A stretch of DNA of 32,000 nucleotides, from positions 330,001 through 362,000 of the forward strand of contig NZ_CP046578.1 of the NCBI RefSeq assembly GCF_013365455.1, read 5' to 3'. The notes beneath the pieces were generated by a model. The model was not told the DNA's origin, searched no databases, and worked only from the letters and a program-made list of their open reading frames with translations. This stretch comes from Wolbachia endosymbiont of Dirofilaria (Dirofilaria) immitis. GTDB lineage: Bacteria; Pseudomonadota; Alphaproteobacteria; Rickettsiales; Anaplasmataceae. The position numbers were made by a program, and so were the translations under genes. Of this stretch, positions 1-10,596 are shown piece by piece (position 1 is the stretch's first letter; each line of letters opens with the position of its first letter).

Positions 1-657
1 ATTTTTTATACCAAAGTTAATGCCTTTAGTTATAGCTGCTAGTACTTTTTCAAGGTTGCAATCTGCTCCGGGGACACGGTGTTCTAAGCGACATTTGCCA
101 CTGCAACTTAAAATCCTAATTGCAGCAGTTCTATTATTCACACCCCAACTAACTGTAGTTGGGGTGTGAATATCCGGATATTGAAATCTGAGATATGAGT
201 TATTATTGGGAGCAAAGAATAACATATCTTTTTTCATCATAGCACATAACCCACCAATGCTGTAAATCAAGAAGTCACTATACCTTTGTTTACTGTAATA
301 AAATAAGTTGCTATTGTGTAAGTCAACTAAATTGACGTGCACGTTTAATGCACTGCCTGCTCTATCTAAGTAAGGTTTTGCTTTAAAGGAAACATTACCA
401 CCAAGTTTTTGTGCTGTTTCAGTAATTAATCCTTTTGCTAACTCAAAATTCTTAATTAAGTTATTAAAGTCCATGTAACAACCACTTTTTGTTTCATATT
501 GATGTATAGAGCTCTCTTTCTCACAGGAAAATCCAAGTAAAGCTATTTTATCTTTAACACTATTGAGAAATAAATACTCTTTCTCTATTCCTTCTGTATA
601 AAATTCTAATTCAATTCCAAATTGTACATGACAGTTCAAATTATCTAATATGTTCAT
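1..657 (-). CDS. Glutamine synthetase-like catalytic-domain protein (partial, runs off the left edge)
   Basis: Not in the supplied ORF track. Reverse-strand translation from ATG at 657 is open for 219 codons to base 1: MNILDNLNCHVQFGIELEFYTEGIERE...YETKSGCYMDF...DRAGSALNVHVNL...TVSWGVNNRTAAIRILSCSGKCRLEHRVPGADCNLEKVLAAITKG. This carries GS-like motifs: ELEF, YE, GSAL-V-H-NL, NRTAAIRI, LEHRVPGAD. Confidence 0.85.
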   Translation of the reverse strand, partial: MNILDNLNCHVQFGIELEFYTEGIEKEYLFLNSVKDKIALLGFSCEKESSIHQYETKSGCYMDFNNLIKNFELAKGLITETAQKLGGNVSFKAKPYLDRAGSALNVHVNLVDLHNSNLFYYSKQRYSDFLIYSIGGLCAMMKKDMLFFAPNNNSYLRFQYPDIHTPTTVSWGVNNRTAAIRILSCSGKCRLEHRVPGADCNLEKVLAAITKGINFGIKN

Positions 658-954
658 AGATTTACTTCAGTAAGTTTATATTAAGTTAATTATATTTATA
701 CTAGCACTTTACTTTTTGCTAATAGATTTAATACCCTATTTATGTAGTGTATTGTTGTTTTTTAATGCATTGCTAACTCTTGAAGCAAGTTATGGCTTAT
801 TTGTTGAAAGAAAAATGATCAATTTTAGTACTTTTATACCCTTTACAACTTATCAAAAATCACCATAATTTTTAGTGTATATTGAGTATTGTTGGCTTTT
901 CACTTTGCAGTAAGCTGTTGATTATCTTTTATTTTTCTAATTGTTACTTTTTTC

Positions 955-2346
955 TTGGTATGGTGTATGAGCTTAATTAACCCTAAGGTTTCTGCTATGT
1001 TTTTTGACCAGATTGTTACAGTGACAGATCATAACATTGCTTGGGAGAAAATCCAGAATTGTCTTTATAATCTTTATGGAGAGGCAACATATAACAGCTG
1101 GCTAAGTTCACTTAGGTTTATCAGTAGTAGTAACGAGGAAGTTTTATTGTCTGTGCCAACAAGATTTATAAAGGAATGGATTACAGTTCATTATATGGAG
1201 AAGATATTATCTTTATGGCAAAGTGAGGATAAGAGTATACGTTCTATTGATATTCGGGTAACTGAGGGAAAGGATTTAAATTCTAATGTTATAGCAAGAA
1301 GCAAGGAGGAGAATAGTCATGGTCTTGGTTCACCACTTGACCCGAGATTTACCTTTGATAATTTTGTGGTAGGAAAGCCAAATGAACTAGCGTTTACGGC
1401 TGCGAAGCGTGTAGCAGAGGTGGATCCAATACCAGGTAGCAATCCTCTGTTTCTATATGGTGGAGTAGGGCTTGGTAAAACACACCTTATGCATGCTATA
1501 GCTTGGCACATAGTCAATTCTCTTCTGGAAAAGAGAAAAGTAGTGTATTTATCGGCAGAAAAATTCATGTATCAATATATTACAGCACTGCGAAGTAAAG
1601 ATATCATGTTATTTAAAGAACAATTTAGGTCGGTAGATGTGTTAATGGTAGACGACGTGCAGTTCATTAGTGGTAAAGATAGTACACAGGAAGAGTTTTT
1701 TCACACTTTTAATGCATTAATAGATCAAAATAAGCAGTTGGTTATATCAGCTGATAGATCTCCTAGTGATCTTGATGGGGTAGAGGAAAGGATAAAATCT
1801 CGGCTTGGTTGGGGATTGGTAGCAGATATTAATGAAACGACTTTTGAGTTAAGGCTTGGTATATTGCAGGCTAAGGTAGAACAAATGAATATATATGTTC
1901 CGGATGATGTTTTAGAGTTTCTAGCAAGAAACATAAAATCTAATATAAGAGAGCTAGAGGGAGCCTTAAATAAAGTTGCTCATACTTCATTGATTGGAAG
2001 AAGTATGACAGTAGAATCAGCCAGTGAAACTCTGGCAGATCTTCTTAGATCAAATCATAAGCAAATTACAATAGCAGAAATACAGAAGAAGATAGCTGAG
2101 TTTTTTAATATAAAAGTCGCAGATATGCATTCTAATAGAAGACTCCGCGGTCTTGTAAGGCCGAGACAAGTAGCTATGTATTTTGCTAAAAAATTTACGC
2201 AGAAGAGTCTTCCAGATATTGGAAGGAGCTTTGGTGGTAGAGACCATGCTACTGTTATACATGCAGTAAAACAGATAGAAAATTTTATAAGAACTGACTC
2301 TAATTTTGCTGATGAAATTAATCAGTTAAAAAAAATGTTTAAGTAG
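955..2346 (+). CDS. dnaA: Chromosomal replication initiator protein DnaA (true start may be ATG at 967)
   Basis: AAA+ Walker [15 protein letters not shown], Walker [14 protein letters not shown]-terminal DnaA signature [11 protein letters not shown]. Confidence 0.98.
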   Translation: MVWCMSLINPKVSAMFFDQIVTVTDHNIAWEKIQNCLYNLYGEATYNSWLSSLRFISSSNEEVLLSVPTRFIKEWITVHYMEKILSLWQSEDKSIRSIDIRVTEGKDLNSNVIARSKEENSHGLGSPLDPRFTFDNFVVGKPNELAFTAAKRVAEVDPIPGSNPLFLYGGVGLGKTHLMHAIAWHIVNSLLEKRKVVYLSAEKFMYQYITALRSKDIMLFKEQFRSVDVLMVDDVQFISGKDSTQEEFFHTFNALIDQNKQLVISADRSPSDLDGVEERIKSRLGWGLVADINETTFELRLGILQAKVEQMNIYVPDDVLEFLARNIKSNIRELEGALNKVAHTSLIGRSMTVESASETLADLLRSNHKQITIAEIQKKIAEFFNIKVADMHSNRRLRGLVRPRQVAMYFAKKFTQKSLPDIGRSFGGRDHATVIHAVKQIENFIRTDSNFADEINQLKKMFK

Positions 2347-3462
2347 AGTTTTTAAAGCTAAATTATATTACAGATCTAGTGTCATACTTGTAAGGTTAAG
2401 GAAATGTAGTAGTGGATTTAACTTAGGAAAGGGAAAAGGAAAATGCCAGTTATTTTAAATTTAGTAGAAGTAGAAAAATAGGAAACTTATATATAATGGG
2501 GAAAATACTTATTTGTCAAAAAAGTTTGAAGGTTTTTTAATGAAAAGATTAAGTGAAACTTCGTTAATATAATAGGACTTATGAAGGAGTTAATAATTAT
2601 AGTGTAGAAATAATGTATCAATTATTGAACAAGGATATGATAGATATAACAGAACAAGGTTTGAATTTTAAGAAGTGGCAGTAGAGTTTATGGGGGAGAT
2701 ACAGCAAGCCTTTAATGTTACTTGAAGGTGCCTTGGTTGTAGACTTTTGAAGTAATTCAGAAGTGTTAAGTTATTGGATAGATAGTAGATCTATTGATCT
2801 GCTAATAGTATGGGAATATATATAAGAGACATAGTAACGGTTATATGATAGTTAAACTTTAGAAGAAATACAGCAGAACTCTTAGCTTCCAAAAAGAAAA
2901 GGTGGTTGTTGAGCTAAAAAGCGAATCAGAAAGTTATTTAAAACTAAATAGCAAGTTAACAGTTAGGGAATCTTTCTTTTAAAAGCTCATATTGGTCGCG
3001 ATTTTCATAAAAAGGCAAGTATGGAAAAATTATGGTATCTATTTTAGTTTATCTAAATTTGCTTATAATTTGCTAATTACTATACAGCTATACAAATATT
3101 GTGAATAGCAATATGCGTAACAAGATGGTGTCATTTCAATATCTGGATCAAGTTTTTGGTAATTTTATCAAAAGTGTTTTGTGATGCGTTTGTTTATAAT
3201 CAATTTTATTAGATCTCGGTATCGTAAGCATTGGAATGACATCCTTCTAGGTTGCTTGGGTGGTAGGTGATACTTTCTTGCTTGGTTTATGAGTTGCTTT
3301 AGTATTTAAGAAATTTGCTAATAAAGAAAAAGGCAAAAAATCTTTATTAAAAAAAAATTGTAAACAGCAGTATTACTTATATCACCTATTGCTTAATTCT
3401 CATTTTACCATGCTATAAGTGATTGTATTAGTCGACTAAAAGATCTGCTTTCTAGCAAGTAT

Positions 3463-3999
3463 CTAGGAAATATATTTGTATGATTGCGACTTTCGTGTTT
3501 CCCAGTTTTTTACGTATTGTTTAATTAATTCAGGATAATTTTTGATGATTAATAAATTTTCGGCATTGCCTTTTCTGGCCGTTCTGCTAAGGTTAAATGA
3601 TCCTGTAATGACTCTTTGATTATCAATGATTATTATTTTATTATGAGCAATTTTAGGCTTGTCATCAATCCAAATTGGTATTTTGCTAGCGAACAATTCA
3701 TTTATTACACTGTATTTTGAGTGAAGCTGCGATTTATCCAAGATGACTTTAACATCAATGCCACGCTTTTTAGCCTTAATTAAGGCATATGCAACTGCTT
3801 TAAGAGTAAATGTGTATTCTTGAACTAGAATGGATTCTTTAGATTGGTCTATCTCGCTGATTAACGATTTAGTACAATCTTCTTCAGGTGAGAAGCAGAC
3901 CGTAGCTCTTGGGCAAGGAGAAAATATAGAGTCTGTATGGCCTGTATAGTAATATGGAGAAGAACATGCTAACAAAAATAGAAGATATAAAAGTCTCAC
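3463..3999 (-). CDS. Phospholipase D-like / Nuc-family protein, single HKD motif, N-terminal signal or lipoprotein-like peptide
   Basis: HKD motif region IAHNKIIIIDNQRVITGSFNLSRTARKGNAENLLII; hydrophobic N-terminus MRLLYLLFLLACSS. Confidence 0.88.
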   Translation of the reverse strand: MRLLYLLFLLACSSPYYYTGHTDSIFSPCPRATVCFSPEEDCTKSLISEIDQSKESILVQEYTFTLKAVAYALIKAKKRGIDVKVILDKSQLHSKYSVINELFASKIPIWIDDKPKIAHNKIIIIDNQRVITGSFNLSRTARKGNAENLLIIKNYPELIKQYVKNWETRKSQSYKYIS

Positions 4000-4032
4000 A
4001 ACCGCACCGAAAGTATAGGACTACATTGTAGT

Positions 4033-5520
4033 TTAATTATCTGTTAATCCATATTTTTTCCACTTCTCTGTAACTTTTCTTATTGTTTCCTTATCCATTT
4101 CAATTTTTCTTCCCCACTCTCGTTTAGTTTCAGGTGGAATTTTGTTTGTTGCATCAAATCCCATTTTACTTCCAAGTCCGCTTTCAGGGGAGGCGAAATC
4201 TAAATAATCAATTGGTGCATTCTCTATCATGATAGTATCACGTACGGGGTCCATTCTTGTTGATATTGCCCACATTACCTCTTTCCAATCACGTATATTT
4301 ATATCGTCGTCAACAATTATAATAAATTTCGTGTATAAAAACTGTTTTAAAAAGGAAAGTATGCCCATAACGATTCTTTTTGCATGTCCTGGATAGGATT
4401 TTTTAATTGACACTACTGCTATTCTATAGGAACACCCTTCTGGTGGCAGATAAAAGTCTGCTATCTCTGGAAATTGATTGATAAGAATTGGCACAAAAAT
4501 TTCGTTGAGTGCCTCGCCAAGAATTGATGGCTCATCTGGTGGCTTGCCAGTAAAGGTACTGAAATAAATTGGATTTTTACGCATTGTAATTGCAGTGATA
4601 TTAAACTCAGGAAATTGCTCAACAGAATTATAGTAGCCGGTGTGGTCTCCATATGGTCCTTCATCTTGATATTTGTCCAAACTTACATAGCCTTCTAAAA
4701 TAATCTCTGCGTTGGCTGGTACTTGAAGTGGTATTGTTTTACAACTTACAAGTTCAAGAGGTTTTTTTCGTAGCAGTCCAGCAAATTGGTATTCTGATAG
4801 TGTTTCTGGTACTGAAATTACTGCAGCAATAAGTGTTGCAGGATCGCTACCAATCGCAGCAGCAGCAGGAAATTTTATGTTCTGCCTTTCTTTCTTCCAT
4901 TGTTTGTAATGACTTGCTCCATCACGATGTATAAGCCAGCGCATTAGAGTCGTTTTTTTACTTATAACCTGCATGCGATATATACCAAGATTGAAATTAT
5001 CTTTTTTGCCTTCCGTTGGTCCTTTTGTTACCACAACTGGCCAAGTGATAAGCGGTGCAGGTTCATTTGGCCAACATGTTTGAATAGGTAATAACGCAAG
5101 ATCCACTTCATCCCCAGTTAACACTATCTCTTGACATGGAGCTTTGCTCACGACTTTACTTCGCATTGATAATACAGCTTTCAATAAGGGAAACATTTTT
5201 ATAGCATCCTTGAAGTTTTTTGGCGGCTCAGGAGATTGCAAAAGTGCTAGGAATTTACCTAAGTCTCTTAGCTTACTATAATTTATATTTAACCCTAAAG
5301 CTATCCTATTGATGGTGCCAAATAAATTCACCAAAACAGGAATTGGATTTTTGCCATTTTCTGTAATGACATTTTCGAAGATGATAGCTGGTCCTTTGTT
5401 TGATAAAACTCTGCGGTGAATTTCTGTCATTTCAAGAACTGTTGAAACCTCTTCCTTGATTCTGATTAAGTCCTTTTTTCCCTCTAATGCTTTAATGAAG
5501 TCGCGTAAGTTATCATACAT
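4033..5520 (-). CDS. ubiD: UbiD family decarboxylase (3-octaprenyl-4-hydroxybenzoate carboxy-lyase)
   Basis: 495 aa with UbiD-like regions: [81 protein letters not shown]. Confidence 0.95.
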   Translation of the reverse strand: MYDNLRDFIKALEGKKDLIRIKEEVSTVLEMTEIHRRVLSNKGPAIIFENVITENGKNPIPVLVNLFGTINRIALGLNINYSKLRDLGKFLALLQSPEPPKNFKDAIKMFPLLKAVLSMRSKVVSKAPCQEIVLTGDEVDLALLPIQTCWPNEPAPLITWPVVVTKGPTEGKKDNFNLGIYRMQVISKKTTLMRWLIHRDGASHYKQWKKERQNIKFPAAAAIGSDPATLIAAVISVPETLSEYQFAGLLRKKPLELVSCKTIPLQVPANAEIILEGYVSLDKYQDEGPYGDHTGYYNSVEQFPEFNITAITMRKNPIYFSTFTGKPPDEPSILGEALNEIFVPILINQFPEIADFYLPPEGCSYRIAVVSIKKSYPGHAKRIVMGILSFLKQFLYTKFIIIVDDDINIRDWKEVMWAISTRMDPVRDTIMIENAPIDYLDFASPESGLGSKMGFDATNKIPPETKREWGRKIEMDKETIRKVTEKWKKYGLTDN

Positions 5521-6256
5521 AATTTAAAGTAAATCTTCTGATGTAATTACGTAATGTATTCTTTTAAATATTGGTTTTCAGAAATCCAGCTTGCAGTAGT
5601 TAATGCCAAAAGTATCCACTTGTTTGATTTCATTTTTTCTCTATAAACTACTTTTTTATCTTTAAGTACTTAACAAACTTTTTTGTTACTGTATATAAGA
5701 CTTATTCACTGTACTTTACGGTATAAGACATTTTATACCAATCTTTTTGATCGAAGGCTACAGATCTATTTGAATGTCAGAATCCTTACTGCATTTTAAT
5801 CAGCGTTGATGCTGTTAACCTCTACATATAAATCTTGTATACTCTATATTACATTAGCATGTTTCAAACATATCATTTCAAGTACTTGCCTTGTCTGCGT
5901 TTGTCAAGCTATTTTTTATTGTTAATTCTTGATAGTAATATCACTTGTTGTTGCTTTTTTTATACTTCTCTGAATGGTCTTATCGAGCTAGAAAATGATT
6001 TATCTATTATCCTATAATATACTTCTTTTATGTTTTATTCAGTAGTAAAAAACGTTTAATAAGATTGATGACTGCTTAAGTAGGAGTACTTTTTAGTTCT
6101 ACGTAGGTTAAAAAGACTTTAAAAGCTTATACTTATAATAAACCTGGATATAGAATACACCAGATATGAGTGTTTTTATAATTGATACTAAATTGTTTTT
6201 TTTCAATATATGGATATGTGCTAAAAATTTTATATGTAGGTCCTTTAAGTAAGTGT

Positions 6257-6952
6257 ATGCCTAGAATAAAATTTTTATTATTTTATACTTGCTATTGCAG
6301 GTATGCTAGTAATAAGCAGTTGGTTTTCACAGCAAATAAACTCTAAACAATTGTTGTATAAGTAGAAACCTTAACAAGGTCATAGAGATTTTCTGAGAAG
6401 AGTCAATTAAAAACGATTATGCTGCTTGGAGTAATGTAATTAAAGGTAAAATTTTGTAGTATAAAAATAAGAGATATTTGACTCTACTTACCCTTTCTCA
6501 GTAGACAAGAATGACAAGAATAGCAAAGTTGTATCTGTAGGGTCCTTTGACTATTCTTGTGGTTATTGTAAAGCCATAAATGAAGAATGATATCAAACGA
6601 TTGATTAATGATGGCAAAATTTTAAATATATTTTTAGGTATACTCCAATACTTGGTAATAACTCTTTAAAGGCAGTAAGGAGTGCTTTAGCTGTCTATTT
6701 TATTAATAAAGAAAATATTTTTGTTTTTATTATGCTGCCTTAAATTATATGGGAGAGTTTTCAAATAAAACTATATCGAATATAATGAAAAATATATGGA
6801 TTAATGAAAGTGGCTTTGATAACTCTATGAAAAATAATGTAGATAAAATTGAGCAAGCGATAAATAATAGTAAACTTTTAGTAAAGGGACTAGAAGTAGG
6901 TGATACACCTTTTTTAATTATAGGGGATAGCTTGTTTGTAGGTGTTGACTGA
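6257..6952 (+). pseudogene. Decayed DsbA/Com1-like thiol:disulfide oxidoreductase
   Basis: Fragments in different frames: KVVSVGSFDYSCGYCKAINEE* (CGYC active site at 6558-6569), KRLINDGKI, FKYIFRYTPILGNNSLKAVRSALAVYFINKENIFVF, then MGEFSNKTISNIMKNIWI...KGLEVGDTPFLIIGDSLFVGVD*. In-frame stops and frameshifts interrupt it. The 5' boundary (ATG at 6257) is approximate. Confidence 0.82.
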
Positions 6953-7360
6953 CTTAGGTGTACTGTGTAAGAAAGTCGATGAATTAAGCCATGAGTAGGG
7001 CTAGTTACACAATTTGTTGTAAAATTCTATTTTTTACTTGATAGTACAAATAAACTTATGGTTTTACTGAAAGATAATTAGTATTTTCTACTAATGTTGT
7101 CACAACTTATGATGGTTACGGGCACGCAACTTCAATTAATTTCATCTGTATGCAAATATAACATAGTCTATGTAGGTAGGTTTACAGCTAATAAACAAGA
7201 AATTGGAATAGGGAATAGTAGAAGCGACTTTTTTCGACTGATTAGAACTTATACAAGTAGAAAAGATGAGCACATATGTATGATTAGGGAATATTAGTGT
7301 TATGACACAATAGAGCTGATCTATTTAAATGACAAGGTAAAAAGCTAATATTCAGAGAAA

Positions 7361-10021
7361 TTACTTAATGACTTGCTTCAAAATCTCCTCTTGTTGTTGA
7401 GCGTGGACACTAATATAGCCACATGCAGGAGATGCAGCAGCAGGTCTTGTGATACACTTAGGTCTTTTTGCTTGAACATTGAGATTGAATAATATTTCCT
7501 CTATCAACGGGTTAATAAAAAACCACCCTCCCATGTTTTTTGGTTCTTCTTGGCACCATACAATTTCAGCATTTTTGTATTTTTCAAGCTCTTTGCTTAA
7601 TTTGTCAGCAGGGAATGGGTAAAGTTGCTCTAATCGTATTATTGCTATATCATTTATTTTTTGTGCCTCACATGCTTCAATTATATCGTAGTAAACTTTA
7701 CCGCTGCATATTATGGTTTTGCGTATTTTGTTATCTGAAACTAAGTTTATTCTATATTCTGGGATTACTGTAAGGAATTTTCCTTCGAAGTCAGACAGAT
7801 TGGAAACTGCTCTTTTGTGACGTAGTAGTGATTTGGGTGTAAATACTACCAAAGGCTTACGAAAGTCTCGATGGATCTGCCTGCGCAAAACATGAAAGTA
7901 ATTTGCTGGAGTAGAGCAATTAACTACTTGTATATTGTCCTCTGCACAGAGTTGCAAAAACCTTTCTATACGTGCAGAGCTATGTTCAGGGCCTTGGCCT
8001 TCATAACCATGAGGCAGAAGTAAAACTAGACCGCTTGATCGTAACCATTTTGTTTCTGCTGACGCAATAAATTGATCAATTATGACTTGTGCACCATTTG
8101 CAAAATCACCGAACTGCCCTTCCCAGAGTACTAGTGAATACGGAGAGTCAAGACTATATCCATATTCAAATCCCATTATAGCATACTCTGACAGAGCGCT
8201 ATCTACAACCTCAAAGTTAGCCTGTTTTTTGTTTATATTATTTAATGGAATAAATACCTCTTCTGTTATCTGATCAATAAGCCTTGAATGGCGGTGCGAG
8301 AAAGTGCCACGACTAGAATCTTGCCCTGATAAACGCACTTCTATTCCTTCTGTTAGTAGTGATGCAAATGCAAGACTTTCAGCCATTGCCCAGTCTATGT
8401 TACTACCAGAGTTTATGCTATCTATTCTAACATTGAGTATTTTTCTAATTTTATTATTAATGTTAAAGCTGTTTGGTATATTGCTATTTATGCGTACACC
8501 TAGTTTTTTTAACTTATCTGGTGGTACACCAGAGTCTGTGTAGTATTCGTTTAGATCATTCAGTTTCGCTCTTCTGAGTTTTGACCATATTCCACTGAAC
8601 CAGTCAGCTTTTTTTGGGGTATACGCCACTGATTCAGTGAAACTTTTATCTAATTTTGCTCTAAATTCGTTACGTAGCCTGTTTACCTCATTACTGTTTA
8701 GTACTTTTTCTGCAGTTAACTTCTCTTCATACAGCGTTCCTGGAGTTTTATGCTTTGATATTACCTTATACATAAGTGGCTGAGTGAGATTTGGTTCATC
8801 ACCTTCATTGTGGCCATATTTACGATAGCATATTATATCAATTATAACATCTTTTTTAAACTTCTGCCTATACTCCATCGCTAGACTTGTAACAAAACTT
8901 ACAGCTTCTGGATTATCTCCACTCACATGAAATACTGGAGCCTCTATTGATTTTATTATGTCAGTACAATAAAAAGATGACCGTGTACAACATGGATTAG
9001 CAGTGAAACCAACTTGGTTATTAATGATGATGTGTACGATTCCATCCACTTTGTAACCTTTAATATTGCTCAAGGTCAAAGTTTCAACAACTACTCCTTG
9101 ACCTGTAAAGGCTGCGTCGCCGTGAATTAATACTCCAAGTGCAGACCTTATTTTTTGCTTCGCTCTCACTCTTCCAGCTAGAACTGGATTTACTGCTTCG
9201 AGATGAGATGGGTTAGGGCATAGGCTTAAATGTACTTTTTTACCGTCGGCAAGTATGCGGTCAGATGAGTAACCGAGGTGGTATTTGACGTCACCAGATA
9301 CCCCAAGATTACTTGGGTATGCAAGATTGCCTTGAAATTCAGATAATATTGCCGCATATTCTTTTCCCATGACTTTAGTTAAAACGTTGAGCCGTCCGCG
9401 GTGAGCCATGCCAAGAACCACTTCTTCAATCCCCCAAGCTATAGAGTTACTAATAATCTTTTCGATTGCAACAATGGCTGATTCTCCACCTTCGATAGAG
9501 AAGCGCTTGTATCCAGGAAATTTTATGTGGAGAAACTGCTCGAACATCTCAGATTCAATTAGGTGTCTCAGCATTTCTCTTTTATCTTGTGAGCTTAGCG
9601 TGTAGACTTGATTTTCGATTTTTTCCTGCAGCCATATTCTTTCCTTATAAGAAGAAATATGCATAAATTCAAATCCGATATTCTTACAGTAAATATCTCT
9701 ATAAACTACGGTACTTTGTGTTGGGGAGAAATTTGAATATTTCTGGTAATCTATTTCCTTATTCATGTTTGGTAACAACGGATTAAGATCAGAAAAGAAA
9801 TGACCATAAGATCTGAAAAAATTTACCAGATTAGAAACTGAATTATCTGCCTTAGTCAGATATTGTGTACTGCAGCCCTTATTAACTTCTAAATTAGTTG
9901 AAAAGATTCGATACCAATCTTCTCCAATTGATTTATCGCCTTGCAAGTAACGGCTGTACATCCCCTCTACAAATTTTGTGTTATCACCGTAAAGGTAGGA
10001 GTTATTTTTAAAATTTGGCAT
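7361..10021 (-). CDS. sucA: 2-oxoglutarate dehydrogenase E1 component
   Basis: 886 aa with E1o regions: HLIESEMFEQFLHIKFPGYKRFSIEGGES, GMAHRGRLNVLTKVMGK, KVHLSLCPNPSHLEAVNPVLAGRVRAKQ, LPHGYEGQGPEHSSARIERFLQLC. Confidence 0.98.
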   Translation of the reverse strand: MPNFKNNSYLYGDNTKFVEGMYSRYLQGDKSIGEDWYRIFSTNLEVNKGCSTQYLTKADNSVSNLVNFFRSYGHFFSDLNPLLPNMNKEIDYQKYSNFSPTQSTVVYRDIYCKNIGFEFMHISSYKERIWLQEKIENQVYTLSSQDKREMLRHLIESEMFEQFLHIKFPGYKRFSIEGGESAIVAIEKIISNSIAWGIEEVVLGMAHRGRLNVLTKVMGKEYAAILSEFQGNLAYPSNLGVSGDVKYHLGYSSDRILADGKKVHLSLCPNPSHLEAVNPVLAGRVRAKQKIRSALGVLIHGDAAFTGQGVVVETLTLSNIKGYKVDGIVHIIINNQVGFTANPCCTRSSFYCTDIIKSIEAPVFHVSGDNPEAVSFVTSLAMEYRQKFKKDVIIDIICYRKYGHNEGDEPNLTQPLMYKVISKHKTPGTLYEEKLTAEKVLNSNEVNRLRNEFRAKLDKSFTESVAYTPKKADWFSGIWSKLRRAKLNDLNEYYTDSGVPPDKLKKLGVRINSNIPNSFNINNKIRKILNVRIDSINSGSNIDWAMAESLAFASLLTEGIEVRLSGQDSSRGTFSHRHSRLIDQITEEVFIPLNNINKKQANFEVVDSALSEYAIMGFEYGYSLDSPYSLVLWEGQFGDFANGAQVIIDQFIASAETKWLRSSGLVLLLPHGYEGQGPEHSSARIERFLQLCAEDNIQVVNCSTPANYFHVLRRQIHRDFRKPLVVFTPKSLLRHKRAVSNLSDFEGKFLTVIPEYRINLVSDNKIRKTIICSGKVYYDIIEACEAQKINDIAIIRLEQLYPFPADKLSKELEKYKNAEIVWCQEEPKNMGGWFFINPLIEEILFNLNVQAKRPKCITRPAAASPACGYISVHAQQQEEILKQVIK

Positions 10022-10500
10022 AATTACATGAAAGACATCAAATGCTTATAAGTATAACTTAAGTTTTTTAAAAAAGAACTTTTTTTAGTGCCAGTGAGTT
10101 AGTCAGTGTATTATCGATTTCTTGAAAATTGTCTTTAGCATTTAACTCAACAATTTTTTTAGTAATAGCTTCAGTAAGCTCGTGAGTAAGTTCTTTTTCT
10201 TGTGAAAAACGTGACTTTTATAGTACTAGTGATGGAAAGATATATAAAACTGTATGTTTATAGAAGCTTGAAACTTATATAAGTACGTGAGATATATATT
10301 ACCACATAAAATTAAATACAATGTACCAACTACGTAATGCTTTTGTTGTTTAGCCTGTACAGATTTAATGATAATTAAGTACTTTTGTTGCCATAATAAA
10401 AAGGATGGTGAAATCTGTTAAGTAATTTTTAGTCCTGTCTTATAACTGAAAGCCAAACATTTACTTAAAGTGATCTGGTGCTGACATTAGCCGCTATAAC

Positions 10501-10528
10501 TTCAGCTCGCACCTTAAAAGGTGCGAAG
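10501..10528. repeat. Strong inverted repeat / hairpin downstream of surE
   Basis: TCGCACC (10507-10513) pairs with GGTGCGA (10520-10526) across TTAAAA; a further TTC/GAA extension is possible by bulging AGCT. There is no clear poly-T on the surE strand. Confidence 0.55.
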
Positions 10529-10596
10529 TAGGAAGCTATTATGCCTAAGCCACATATTATTTGGCTAATAAGAAATTTGCAAGTTTTTTTAATTAA

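Noticed and set aside
658-954. Possible replication origin upstream of dnaA
   Set aside because: No cluster of DnaA boxes (TTATCCACA-like) is visible. Published work on Wolbachia places ori near hemE rather than dnaA.
1317-2262. Antisense ORFs at 1317-1568, 1725-1934 and 2050-2262
   Set aside because: Shadow ORFs opposite dnaA, with no family-like sequence.
5835-6017. 60-aa plus-strand ORF
   Set aside because: Low-complexity, hydrophobic/Leu-Ser-rich reading of AT-rich DNA, with no family or translation-signal support.
7540-9605. Plus-strand ORFs at 7540, 8082, 8304 and 9408
   Set aside because: Antisense to the well-supported sucA; composition typical of shadow frames.
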